Of a stretch of 64,000 bases of DNA, positions 40,988-49,649 are shown piece by piece; position 1 is the first letter of the stretch, and every line of letters starts with the position of its first letter. The notes below the pieces were generated by a model that worked only from the letters and a program-made list of their open reading frames with translations, had not been told where the DNA came from and made no database searches. The stretch is from Clostridia bacterium (GTDB lineage: Bacteria > Bacillota > Clostridia > Oscillospirales > Acutalibacteraceae): assembly GCA_017428525.1 (NCBI GenBank), contig JAFRQQ010000020.1:59535-123534 (forward strand). Direction: 5' to 3'. A program made the translations under genes and the position numbers.

Positions 40988-43621
40988 TTATTTCAGCATG
41001 TTTCTGACGATGTCTTCCACAGCGGCCATCGCGGCGGCAGCGCCGTCCGCGGATTTCGCGCCTGCCATGGCGCTGTCGGGGCGGCCGCCGCCGGAACCGC
41101 CGGCAAGCTGCGCAACCGCTTTGACGATATTGCCCGCGTGCGCGCCCTTTGCCACGGCGTCCTTGCCGCAGGCGCAGGCGAAATTCGCGCCGGGCCGATC
41201 GCCCGTGCCGCAAAGCACGACCACGGCGTCCGGATGCTCGCGCACGATATCGCACATCTCGCGCAGCTCGCCCGGATTGCCCACGGTGACGCTCGCCGTC
41301 GCCAGACGAATGCCGCCCAAGCTGACGGCGCTCTGCATCAGGTCGCCGGATTTCGCCTTGGAAATCTCCGCGCGCAGCTCCGCCGCTTCCTTCTCTTTTT
41401 CTTTGAGATCGCTCATGAGAGCGGCGGCGCGTTTTTCGAGATCGCCGACGTTCGTCAGCTTCAGCGCAGCCGCCGCGCCGCGGATCACCGCGTCGTTTTT
41501 CGCGATATAATCCAGCACGCCGTAGCCGGTCACGCCTTCGATGCGGCGCACGCCGGCGGCAACGGAGGATTCGGAAATCACTTTAAAGAGACCGAGCTTC
41601 GCCGTGTTGTCCACATGCGTGCCGCCGCAAAGCTCCGTAGAAACGTCGCCCATGCGCACCACGCGCACGATCTCGCCGTATTTTTCGCCGAAGAGCGCCA
41701 TCGCGCCGAGTTTTTTCGCTTCATCGAGCGGCATTTCCGTGCAGGAAACAGGGAGCGCTGCCAGGATCGCATCGTTGATCCGGCGCTCCACGGCCGTGAG
41801 CTCCTCCGCGGTCAGCGCGGAAAAATGCGTGAAGTCAAAACGCATGGCGTGCGCGTTCACAAGCTGGCCCGCCTGCTCCACATGGGAGCCGAGCTCCTTG
41901 CGCAGCGCCGCCTGCAGCAGATGCGCCGCGGTATGGTTGCGCGCGGTCGCCGCACGGTTTGCCCCATCGATTTCAACCGTCACCTGCGCGCCGACGCTGA
42001 GCGTTTCGCCCGCAATCAGGCGGCCGATATGCAGCACATGGCCGTTGGCCGTTTTGTTTGCGGTCTCGACCGCAAACACCGCGTCGCCGCAGCGCAGCGT
42101 GCCGCAGTCGCCGGCCTGCCCGCCGCTTTCGCCGTAAAACACCGTGCGATCGAGCACGACCGCCGCGTCGCTCTCGGCGTCCGCAAAGTCCGCGCGCTCG
42201 CCGCCGGCGATGATGGCCAGCACCCGCGCATCGCACGAAGCGTCCGTATAGCCGAGAAACTCCGTGGAATCAATTTCCTTGAGCGACGCGCTGCCGCCCT
42301 TCCAGGCCTCCGCGCCCGCGTCCTTGCGCGCTGCGCGCGCCGCCGCACGGCTTGCGGCGTACAGCCGGTCATATTCCGCGAGATCCACGGTCATGCCGCG
42401 CTCCTCGAGCAGCTCCTTTGTCAGATCGATCGGGAAGCCGAACGTATCCTGCAGCTTGAACGCATCCGCGCCGCTGAGCACGTCGGACTTCGTTTCGGCA
42501 ATCAGATTCTCCAGCAGATTCAGGCCGGTGTCGATGGTTTTGTTGAAGCTCTCCTCCTCTGCTTTGATGACCTTGATGATCAGGTCGTGCTTTTCCACCA
42601 GATTCGGATAGGCGTTCGCGTTTTCTTTAATAACGGTTTCGCACACGTCGGAGAGGAACGTGCCCTGAATGCCGAGCAGGCGGCCGTGCCGGGCCGCGCG
42701 GCGCAGCAGACGGCGCAGCACGTAGCCGCGGCCTTCATTGGAGGGCATGACGCCGTCTCCGATCATGAACGTGGTGCTGCGGATATGATCCGTGATCACG
42801 CGCAGAGAGATGTCGTGCTTTTCGTTTTCGTGGTACTTCACGCCGGCGATCTCGATGACGTGCTTCATGATATTCTGCACGGTATCGACCTCAAACAGGT
42901 TGTCCACGCCCTGCATCACGCAGGCCAGACGCTCGAGGCCCATGCCGGTGTCGATGTTGCAGCTTTTCAGGCGTGTGTAATTGCCGTTGCCGTCGTTTTC
43001 AAACTGCGTGAACACCAGATTCCAGACTTCCACATAGCGGTCGCAGTCGCAGCCGACGCCGCAGGTCGGTTTGCCGCAGCCGTATTTTTCTCCGCGGTCG
43101 AAATATAGCTCCGAGCAGGGGCCGCAGGGACCGGCGCCGTGCTCCCAGAAATTATCTTCCTTGCCCAGACGCGCCATGTGGTCCGGCGCGACGCCGACTT
43201 CCTTTGTCCAGATGTCGTACGTCTCGTCGTCCTCCTGATAGACGCTGATATAAATCCGGTCGGCAGGCAGGCGCATGACCTGCGTGAAGAATTCCCACGC
43301 CCAGGCCGTGGCCTCACGCTTGAAATAATCGCCGAATGAGAAATTGCCGAGCATTTCAAAATACGTGCCGTGGCGCGCGGTGATGCCCACACGCTCGATA
43401 TCCGGCGTGCGGATGCACTTCTGGCAGGTGGTCACGCGCGTGCAGGGCGGCGTGAGCTCGCCGGTGAAGTATTTTTTCAGCGGCGCCATGCCGGCGTTGA
43501 TCAGCAACAGGCTTTTATCCCCTTGCGGCACAAGGGAAAAGCTCGGCATGCGCAGATGCCCCTTGCTCTCAAAAAATGCAAGGTACTTTTCGCGGATCTC
43601 GTTCAGACCCATCCAATCCAT
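40988..43621 (-). CDS. alaS: Alanine--tRNA ligase
   Basis: NAGMAPLK, TYFEMLGNFSFGDYFK, GPCGPCSE, IDTGMGLER, editing motifs NHTAAHLL and ELCGGTH, DHHA1 C-terminus GGGRP. Confidence 0.98.
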   Translation of the reverse strand: MDWMGLNEIREKYLAFFESKGHLRMPSFSLVPQGDKSLLLINAGMAPLKKYFTGELTPPCTRVTTCQKCIRTPDIERVGITARHGTYFEMLGNFSFGDYFKREATAWAWEFFTQVMRLPADRIYISVYQEDDETYDIWTKEVGVAPDHMARLGKEDNFWEHGAGPCGPCSELYFDRGEKYGCGKPTCGVGCDCDRYVEVWNLVFTQFENDGNGNYTRLKSCNIDTGMGLERLACVMQGVDNLFEVDTVQNIMKHVIEIAGVKYHENEKHDISLRVITDHIRSTTFMIGDGVMPSNEGRGYVLRRLLRRAARHGRLLGIQGTFLSDVCETVIKENANAYPNLVEKHDLIIKVIKAEEESFNKTIDTGLNLLENLIAETKSDVLSGADAFKLQDTFGFPIDLTKELLEERGMTVDLAEYDRLYAASRAAARAARKDAGAEAWKGGSASLKEIDSTEFLGYTDASCDARVLAIIAGGERADFADAESDAAVVLDRTVFYGESGGQAGDCGTLRCGDAVFAVETANKTANGHVLHIGRLIAGETLSVGAQVTVEIDGANRAATARNHTAAHLLQAALRKELGSHVEQAGQLVNAHAMRFDFTHFSALTAEELTAVERRINDAILAALPVSCTEMPLDEAKKLGAMALFGEKYGEIVRVVRMGDVSTELCGGTHVDNTAKLGLFKVISESSVAAGVRRIEGVTGYGVLDYIAKNDAVIRGAAAALKLTNVGDLEKRAAALMSDLKEKEKEAAELRAEISKAKSGDLMQSAVSLGGIRLATASVTVGNPGELREMCDIVREHPDAVVVLCGTGDRPGANFACACGKDAVAKGAHAGNIVKAVAQLAGGSGGGRPDSAMAGAKSADGAAAAMAAVEDIVRNMLK

Positions 43622-43640
43622 AATGATCCTTCCTCCTTGA

Positions 43641-43870
43641 TAAAAAAGGTGCAGTTCACCATTCGGCATGGGACGGCCGAAGCCGCGGTACCACCCAAAT
43701 TGCGCAAACTGCACCACTCAATTCTCCTTAACGCAGAGGCACGCCGCCGCTCGCCGCGGCGGGACCGGGAATTTCCCGGGAAGGGGGCCGTTTCGCGCCG
43801 GCACACCGAACGGCTCTTGCAGCCTGGAAGCCGTCTCTCTGCCGGGTTCGGCGCGAAATCATCCTTCAGA
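43641..43870 (-). promoter_or_regulatory. T-box riboswitch leader of alaS
   Basis: Minus strand T-box TGGGTGGTACCGCGG (43683-43697) folds as the antiterminator ggg-TGGTACC-gcgg/ccgt-ccc. Stem I has AGAGA and GCTG motifs; a U-tract precedes the RBS. Confidence 0.85.
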
Positions 43871-43896
43871 ATTCGCTGTATTCAATTGCGCAGGAT

Positions 43897-46044
43897 TCAG
43901 CCGACGTCTTCTTCGGCTTCCTCCGCCTGCGTCGTCGTGTCGGTATCCGTCACCTTTTCGAGCTTGCTCTTGGCAACATACGCGGTCTGGCCGTCATACT
44001 CGAACTTCGCCCAGTCGTTGCCGTTGTCCGCGGTTTCAAAGCCGAGCACTTCGATCTCGTCGCCGTAATCCAGCTCGCCGAGCCATTCATTCTCAACGCC
44101 CGCGCCGTCGCGGATATTCGCGCCGTTGTAGTCGCTGACCTGATACTTCTCGCCCTTCGTCGCGCCGTTGCCGCTCGGGGTGGAAACATCCGCGTTGTTG
44201 TCCTGAATATCCATATTCACGCCGGAGAAGGTGTTCTGCGCGTTGCCGACCAGAATCACACCCCAGGTGCCGGCCTTGCAGGCGATGAACACGCCGTCCT
44301 TGCCGGGCAGGATGTTGCTGTATTCAAAATTGACAACCGTGTTGTTCTTCAGGTCGATGATGCCCATCATGCCGCCCTTCTTGACAGCGATCAGGCCGCC
44401 GGTCACCGGACGGCAGAAATCGCAGCAGGAGGACTCATAGCTGGCGGACATTTCGTTGACCTGCTCGTATTCATAAGGAATGACCTTCTTGCCCTTTTCG
44501 TTGACATAGCCCCATTTGCCGTCTTTTCTGGCGGCGGCGTAGCCCTCGAAATAGCGGTCGCGCTCATCGTAGGAAGCGGTTTCCAGCTTGTCGCCGTCCA
44601 CGGTATGCGCGGCATGCGGCGAATTGGCGATTTTCACGTTGCCGTTGGCTTCCACGGTGAAATCATACTTGTCACCGCCCATGACGACCAGGCTGTGATA
44701 GCTGGGCGTCGAGCGGGAAGCGTCATACTCTCTGCCGTAGCCGCAGCGCACGAAATCCTCATAGCGCGGCTGAATGACGACCTTGCCCTGATAATCCATC
44801 AGACCCCACTGGCCCGAGGAAGCGGACTTGAACTTGCAGTAATTCTCATCGAGATACTGAATCTCCGTGCAGTCGGAGAATCCGCCCGGTTTCCAGGTGA
44901 AGGTGCTGTCAAGCACGGCGGTCTTGCCGGCCTGCGTCGTCACGTCGGTGCCGGATTTTTCTTTATGACGGTTCACGGCCTTGCCGATGCCCACGCACAG
45001 CAGGATCAGCAGCAGCAGCGCGATCGCCGCCGTCGCGATGGCTTTCAGATTCAGGCCCTTGGGCAGCTGGATCTTGCCGCCGCGCTTGCCCGACGACACG
45101 GGCTCGTCCGTTTCATCGGGAAGATCGAGCTTGAACGGCGCTTCGTCCGGCTCGGGAATGCTGAACGGCGCAGGCTCGACCGAAACGGGAGGCATCTCGG
45201 GCATCGCAGGCATTTCCGGCTGCGGCGCAGAGGCCTGCACGGAAGCGTCCGGCAGCACGGGCGCGCCGGATTCCAGCGATTCATGAATGCGCTGCTTGAA
45301 ATACTGAGCGCTGTCGGGATCGGTCGCCGCCACCGGCACGGCGTTGGCAGCCTTGGCCATCTGATACTTCTCAAACGCATCCTTTGCGTAAATGAAGATG
45401 TCGCGCACGTCGGAGGTCACGACCGTCATCCCGGCGCAAAGGCGCTGGAACAGCTGGGTCAGCACGGGCAGACCGCCCGCGGGCTCCACTGCGGAGGTCG
45501 GCGCGCCGGTCGCTTCCACAACCTGCGCACAGCCGGCGGACAGGAGCGCGTTCGCCGTGGTGTCGGAAACGCCGAGGAATCTGCTCAGCGCCTGCACGGG
45601 CATGCCGTTGTTGTAATGCAGCACCAGCGCGGTGCGCAGCTCCGGCTTGAGCGCGGCAACCGCATTCAAAACCGCGTCGCCCATAGCCGGATCCTCCAGC
45701 ACGGACGCATCAAGGAACTCGGCCGTGACGGGCATCGCGGCGCCGTCGGCCTCGTTGAAGACAAAGTTTTTGCTGTCTTTATATGCGCCTGCCACATTCT
45801 GCTTCATCCAGATCTCGAAGGCCTCGGGTCGTTTCAGACGATCCAGATTGCAGAAGGCCTTGGCATACGCCTGCTTGACAATCTCGGCCGGCGACTCATC
45901 CGCATCGCACAGACGGGTCGCAAGGAAATACGCGCCCTTCAGCGTTTTGGCGTAGAGCTTGCCCATTGCATCGGTATCCCCTGCTGCAGCGGCGGTGACA
46001 TAAGGAACAAGATTTTCACTCAAGACAAGATTCACTCCCATCAA
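43897..46044 (-). CDS. Fusion protein: ECF sigma-like domain + Pro-rich linker + TM helix + WG repeats + SH3b
   Basis: Region-2-like GDTDAMGKLY/AEIVKQAYAKAF/FEIWMK; region-4-like LKPELRTALVLHYNNGMPVQALSRFLGVS; TM IATAAIALLLLILLCVGIG; WG repeats WGLMDYQGKVVIQP and WGYVNEKGKKVIP; SH3b ANIRDGAG..DWAKFEYDGQTAYV. The true start may be TTG 46023. Confidence 0.8.
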   Translation of the reverse strand: MMGVNLVLSENLVPYVTAAAAGDTDAMGKLYAKTLKGAYFLATRLCDADESPAEIVKQAYAKAFCNLDRLKRPEAFEIWMKQNVAGAYKDSKNFVFNEADGAAMPVTAEFLDASVLEDPAMGDAVLNAVAALKPELRTALVLHYNNGMPVQALSRFLGVSDTTANALLSAGCAQVVEATGAPTSAVEPAGGLPVLTQLFQRLCAGMTVVTSDVRDIFIYAKDAFEKYQMAKAANAVPVAATDPDSAQYFKQRIHESLESGAPVLPDASVQASAPQPEMPAMPEMPPVSVEPAPFSIPEPDEAPFKLDLPDETDEPVSSGKRGGKIQLPKGLNLKAIATAAIALLLLILLCVGIGKAVNRHKEKSGTDVTTQAGKTAVLDSTFTWKPGGFSDCTEIQYLDENYCKFKSASSGQWGLMDYQGKVVIQPRYEDFVRCGYGREYDASRSTPSYHSLVVMGGDKYDFTVEANGNVKIANSPHAAHTVDGDKLETASYDERDRYFEGYAAARKDGKWGYVNEKGKKVIPYEYEQVNEMSASYESSCCDFCRPVTGGLIAVKKGGMMGIIDLKNNTVVNFEYSNILPGKDGVFIACKAGTWGVILVGNAQNTFSGVNMDIQDNNADVSTPSGNGATKGEKYQVSDYNGANIRDGAGVENEWLGELDYGDEIEVLGFETADNGNDWAKFEYDGQTAYVAKSKLEKVTDTDTTTQAEEAEEDVG

Positions 46045-46047
46045 CAG

Positions 46048-46117
46048 ATTATAGAACAGAATTCGACCATTCGACAGTATTATTACCTATTCTATCCCAC
46101 ATTTAGCGATTTGTCAA
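46048..46117 (-). promoter_or_regulatory. sigmaA promoter(s) with tandem Spo0A boxes
   Basis: Minus strand TTGACA(46117-46112)-N17-TAGAAT(46094-46089), then TGTCGAA(46076-46070) and GGTCGAA(46068-46062), then a second TATAAT (46053-46048). Confidence 0.6.
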
Positions 46118-46173
46118 GAGTGATTTATCAATATCTTGTTACTGAATTGTTTCAATCTTATTAAAATTGTCCG

Positions 46174-46887
46174 TTACGGCAGGCGGATCTCGCGTTTGAT
46201 TTTCTCGATGATCCGTTTTTCCAGCCGTGAAATATAGCTCTGCGAAATGCCGAGCGCGTCCGCCACTTCCTTCTGCGTATACTCCCGTCCCCCGCCGATG
46301 CCGAAGCGCATGGTCATGATCCGCTGTTCGCGCGCATCCAGCGACGCCACGGCACGGTAAAGCCGCCTGCGCTCGTCGTCGCTCTCGAGATCCCGGTAGA
46401 CCTCGTCCGCCTCGCTGCCGAGGATATCCGAAAGCAGCAGCTCGTTGCCGTCCCAGTCGACATTCAGCGGTTCAAAATAGGAAACCTCCGCTTTGAGCGC
46501 GTTCGTTTTGCGCAGATACATCAGGATTTCATTGTCGATGCAGCGCGAGGCGTAGGTCGCGAGCTTGATGTTTCTCGCGCGGCAGAACGTATTGACCGCC
46601 TTGATCAGGCCGAGCGTGCCGATGGAGATCAGATCCTCGATCGGAATGCCGGTGTTTTCGAATTTCTTCGCGATGTAAACGACCAGCCGCAGGTTATGCA
46701 CGATCAGCTTCTCCCGCGCTGCGTCGTCCCCCTGCTCCAGCTTTTCAAGGCAGACCTGCTCCTCCTCCTTCGGCAGCGGCGGCGGCAGGGTATCCGGCCC
46801 GTTGATATAGTCAATCTCTGCGGCAAACAGCTGCGCGCGGATCTTCGCGAGCAGCAGCATCCATAGATTGCGCGTCTTTTTTGACAT
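46174..46887 (-). CDS. sigE: Sporulation sigma factor pro-SigE
   Basis: Amphipathic pro-sequence, [62 protein letters not shown]; follows spoIIGA. Confidence 0.95.
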   Translation of the reverse strand: MSKKTRNLWMLLLAKIRAQLFAAEIDYINGPDTLPPPLPKEEEQVCLEKLEQGDDAAREKLIVHNLRLVVYIAKKFENTGIPIEDLISIGTLGLIKAVNTFCRARNIKLATYASRCIDNEILMYLRKTNALKAEVSYFEPLNVDWDGNELLLSDILGSEADEVYRDLESDDERRRLYRAVASLDAREQRIMTMRFGIGGGREYTQKEVADALGISQSYISRLEKRIIEKIKREIRLP

Positions 46888-47755
46888 GCTTCCCAACTCC
46901 TTTTCTGCGCGTTTCATGCATCCCTTCCTCAAGAAAAGCCGGACCGAACAGCGCGGCATAGCCGCCCGCGATCAGGCGGCGGTCCGTCACCGCCACGGTC
47001 GGACGAAGCACGGTCATCCCCCGGTCGCCGACGTCCAGCGTGACCGCGTCCGCCGTGAACGCCCGCAGCAGCCCGCTGCCGCCGACAGAGGAAAACGGGA
47101 CGCATCGAAAGCCGCGCATCTCCGAAAGATCGCCGCTTGCCGGCAGCAGCGGCCGCACAAAGTCGCGCTCGGCCAGCAGCACGGGCTTCGCGCTGAAGCC
47201 GTCCCGCAGCGTGCTGCCGGTATCCAGCAGCGCCTTGCCGGAAACGGTCCGCTCCCCGACCCGGATTGACACCGCATAAACCGTGCGCGGCGGTCGGCCG
47301 CTGCGCAGAAACCGGCCGAGGAGCGTAAGCACCGCATAGCAGCCGACGGACAGCAGCGTGAGGGTCAGCAGGTCCAGCTCGACGTAAGTCACGCCGTTGC
47401 GCTGAATCAGTCCGTGCGGGGAGAACAGCACCCGGACGGCGAGCATCGCGCCGGCGAAAAAGCCGTTTGCAAGCAGGAACGCCGCGCACCGTTTCAGATA
47501 GAGCCGCCGTGCGCCGTAGCCGAAGGCCGAGAGCACCATGACCGCCGCGAACGCGAGCTCCATGGGCACGAGCACCCATGCCGGCAGACGGTCCAGAAAA
47601 ATCACGAGCGCGTACACGCCGCCGAGCGCTGCCGCGCCGAGCTGCCGCAGCACGCGTCCCCCGCCGCCGGTCAGCGCCGCGGCCGCACGAAGCAGAAAGT
47701 AATTGACGATCAGATTCACGATCACAAGCACATCAGCATAAATCACGGTGTGCAA
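46811..47755 (-). CDS. spoIIGA: Pro-sigmaE processing aspartic protease SpoIIGA
   Basis: TTG start [23 protein letters not shown] helices, catalytic LLDTGS, PFSSVGG. This frame is the 3' end of the track ORF 46811..49756, which is mislabelled '+'. Confidence 0.9.
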   Translation of the reverse strand: MHTVIYADVLVIVNLIVNYFLLRAAAALTGGGGRVLRQLGAAALGGVYALVIFLDRLPAWVLVPMELAFAAVMVLSAFGYGARRLYLKRCAAFLLANGFFAGAMLAVRVLFSPHGLIQRNGVTYVELDLLTLTLLSVGCYAVLTLLGRFLRSGRPPRTVYAVSIRVGERTVSGKALLDTGSTLRDGFSAKPVLLAERDFVRPLLPASGDLSEMRGFRCVPFSSVGGSGLLRAFTADAVTLDVGDRGMTVLRPTVAVTDRRLIAGGYAALFGPAFLEEGMHETRRKGVGKHVKKDAQSMDAAAREDPRAAVCRRD

Positions 47756-47794
47756 AGAACCGTCTCCCTCCTGCCGCTGTTTCTTTTCGTTCCA

Positions 47795-47828
47795 ATTATA
47801 ATCGGTACACGCTGGATTTTTTGTCGCA
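47795..47828 (-). promoter_or_regulatory. spoIIG promoter: -10 TATAAT with a 0A-like box at the -35 position
   Basis: Minus strand TGCGACA (reverse 0A box, 1 mismatch) lies 21 nt upstream of TATAAT; no canonical -35 at 17 bp. Confidence 0.5.
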
Positions 47829-47855
47829 AGCAGGCCGGGAAATGAAACTTTTCTA

Positions 47856-47884
47856 TTGAATAAACGCGGGAAATAGTATATAAT
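47856..47884 (+). promoter_or_regulatory. sigmaA-type promoter for the SGNH operon
   Basis: TTGAAT-N17-TATAAT. Confidence 0.6.
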
Positions 47885-47917
47885 GATTGTATCTATATTG
47901 AAATGAGGCGATTTTGT

Positions 47918-48526
47918 ATGCGCATTCTCTTTCAGGGCGATTCGATTACGGACGCCGGCCGGGACCGCAGCGATCCGCACGAGCTCGGGCAGGGCTATCC
48001 GCTGTACGCGGCGGGCTTCCTGTGCAAGGACCATCCGGAAACGGCCTTTGAATTCCTGAATCTCGGCATCAGCGGCGACCAGACAAAGCAGCTGGTCGAG
48101 CGCCTGCAGGCGGATTTCATCGACGTTGATCCGGATATCGTTTCGATCCATATCGGCATCAACGACACCTGGCACCGCGCCGAAACGCGTGACTGGCTGC
48201 CGGACGACGTGTTTGAAGCGCAGTACCGCACGGTGCTGGAAGCCATGAAGAATCAGACCCGCGCAAAGATCCTGATCATCGAGCAGTTTCTGCTTCCGAT
48301 GGAGGACAAGGCCTTCTTCCGTGAGGATCTCAACGGCAAAATCGACATCACCCGCAAGCTCGCGCGGGAATATGCGGACGCTTATCTGCCACTGGACGGC
48401 CTGCTGGCAAAGGCCTGCGTCGGGCAGAGCCCCTATCACTGGTCGGCGGACGGCGTGCATCCGAATGACAACGGCTCCGCTTTCATCGGCCGCCTGTGCG
48501 CCGACGCGATCGCCGAGCTGCTTTAA
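47918..48526 (+). CDS. SGNH/GDSL family esterase
   Basis: GDSITD, NLGISG, IGIND, DGVHP. Confidence 0.92.
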   Translation: MRILFQGDSITDAGRDRSDPHELGQGYPLYAAGFLCKDHPETAFEFLNLGISGDQTKQLVERLQADFIDVDPDIVSIHIGINDTWHRAETRDWLPDDVFEAQYRTVLEAMKNQTRAKILIIEQFLLPMEDKAFFREDLNGKIDITRKLAREYADAYLPLDGLLAKACVGQSPYHWSADGVHPNDNGSAFIGRLCADAIAELL

Positions 48527-48538
48527 GGAACGGTAGCT

Positions 48539-49615
48539 ATGAAAAAAACACTGAAAAGCATTCTCAATTACATCTTCATTGACGGCCTGAGCGGCATGGC
48601 GCTGGGCCTGTTTTCCACGCTGATCATCGGCACGATCCTCGATCAGATCGCGTCCTTCCTGCCCGGCACGCCCGGCGTGTGGCTGCACGCGGCGGCCATG
48701 GTCGCCAAATCGATCACGGGCGCGGGCATCGGCGTGGGCATGGCGTTCAAATTCAAATCCGCACCACTGGTCGGCGCTTCCGCCGCCGTGGCCGGCATGG
48801 TCGGCGCCTTCGCGGCAAAGCTCCTGTCCGGCGCGGTGATTGACGGCTCCGCGCTGACCTACGGCGGGCCGGGCGACCCGCTCGGCGCGTTTCTGGCCGC
48901 CCTGAGCGCAACCGCGATCGGCAAGCTCGTCAGCGGAAAAACCAAGCTGGATATTCTGATCACGCCGGCCGTGTGCGTGTGCGTGGGCAGCGCGGTCGGT
49001 CTGTTTGCCGGTCCCCCCGCCTCCCGCTTCTCCACGTGGATGGGCGAAATCATCCGCTGGGGCACGGAGCGTCAGCCGATCCTGATGGGCGTCATCGTGG
49101 CGGTCGTCATGGGCATCTGCCTGACGCTGCCGATCAGCTCCGCGGCGCTTGGGATCATTCTGGATCTTTCCGGCATCGCCGGCGGCGCGGCCGTCGTCGG
49201 CTGCAGCACGCAGATGATCGGCTTTGCCGTTGCGAGCTATCGTGAAAACAAGCTCGGCGGTCTGCTCGCGCAGGGCGTGGGCACCTCGATGCTGCAAATG
49301 CCGAATATCGTTCGCCGGCCGCAGATCTGGCTGCCGCCGATCCTCGCGAGCGCCATTCTCGGCCCCATTTCGACGCGCGTGCTGGGCATGACCTGCTATG
49401 CCTCCGGCGCCGGCATGGGCACCTCGGGTCTGGTCGGTCAGTTCATGACCTACGCCTCCATGACGGACGCGGGCGCCGACCCGAAGAAAGTGCTGCTTGA
49501 AATCCTGCTGCTTCATGTGCTCGCCCCCGCGGCGCTCACACTCCTCTTCTCGGAGCTGATGCGCAAGCTCGGCTGGATCAAGGAGGGCGACATGAAGCTC
49601 GGGGATCTGCAATGA
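48539..49615 (+). CDS. PTS IIC-like membrane protein (PTS_EIIC_2 family, orphan)
   Basis: DGLSGMALGLFSTLIIG, LPISSAA, GTSMLQMPNI, AGMGTSGLVG; about 10 TM helices. Confidence 0.85.
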   Translation: MKKTLKSILNYIFIDGLSGMALGLFSTLIIGTILDQIASFLPGTPGVWLHAAAMVAKSITGAGIGVGMAFKFKSAPLVGASAAVAGMVGAFAAKLLSGAVIDGSALTYGGPGDPLGAFLAALSATAIGKLVSGKTKLDILITPAVCVCVGSAVGLFAGPPASRFSTWMGEIIRWGTERQPILMGVIVAVVMGICLTLPISSAALGIILDLSGIAGGAAVVGCSTQMIGFAVASYRENKLGGLLAQGVGTSMLQMPNIVRRPQIWLPPILASAILGPISTRVLGMTCYASGAGMGTSGLVGQFMTYASMTDAGADPKKVLLEILLLHVLAPAALTLLFSELMRKLGWIKEGDMKLGDLQ

Positions 49616-49649
49616 TTCCGTACATAAATGAAAAAAGGAGATTGAAACC

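Noticed and set aside
46929-47579. Track ORF 46929..47579 (-) as spoIIGA or a separate gene
   Set aside because: It is the wrong frame; the protease motifs lie in the 46811..47755 frame.
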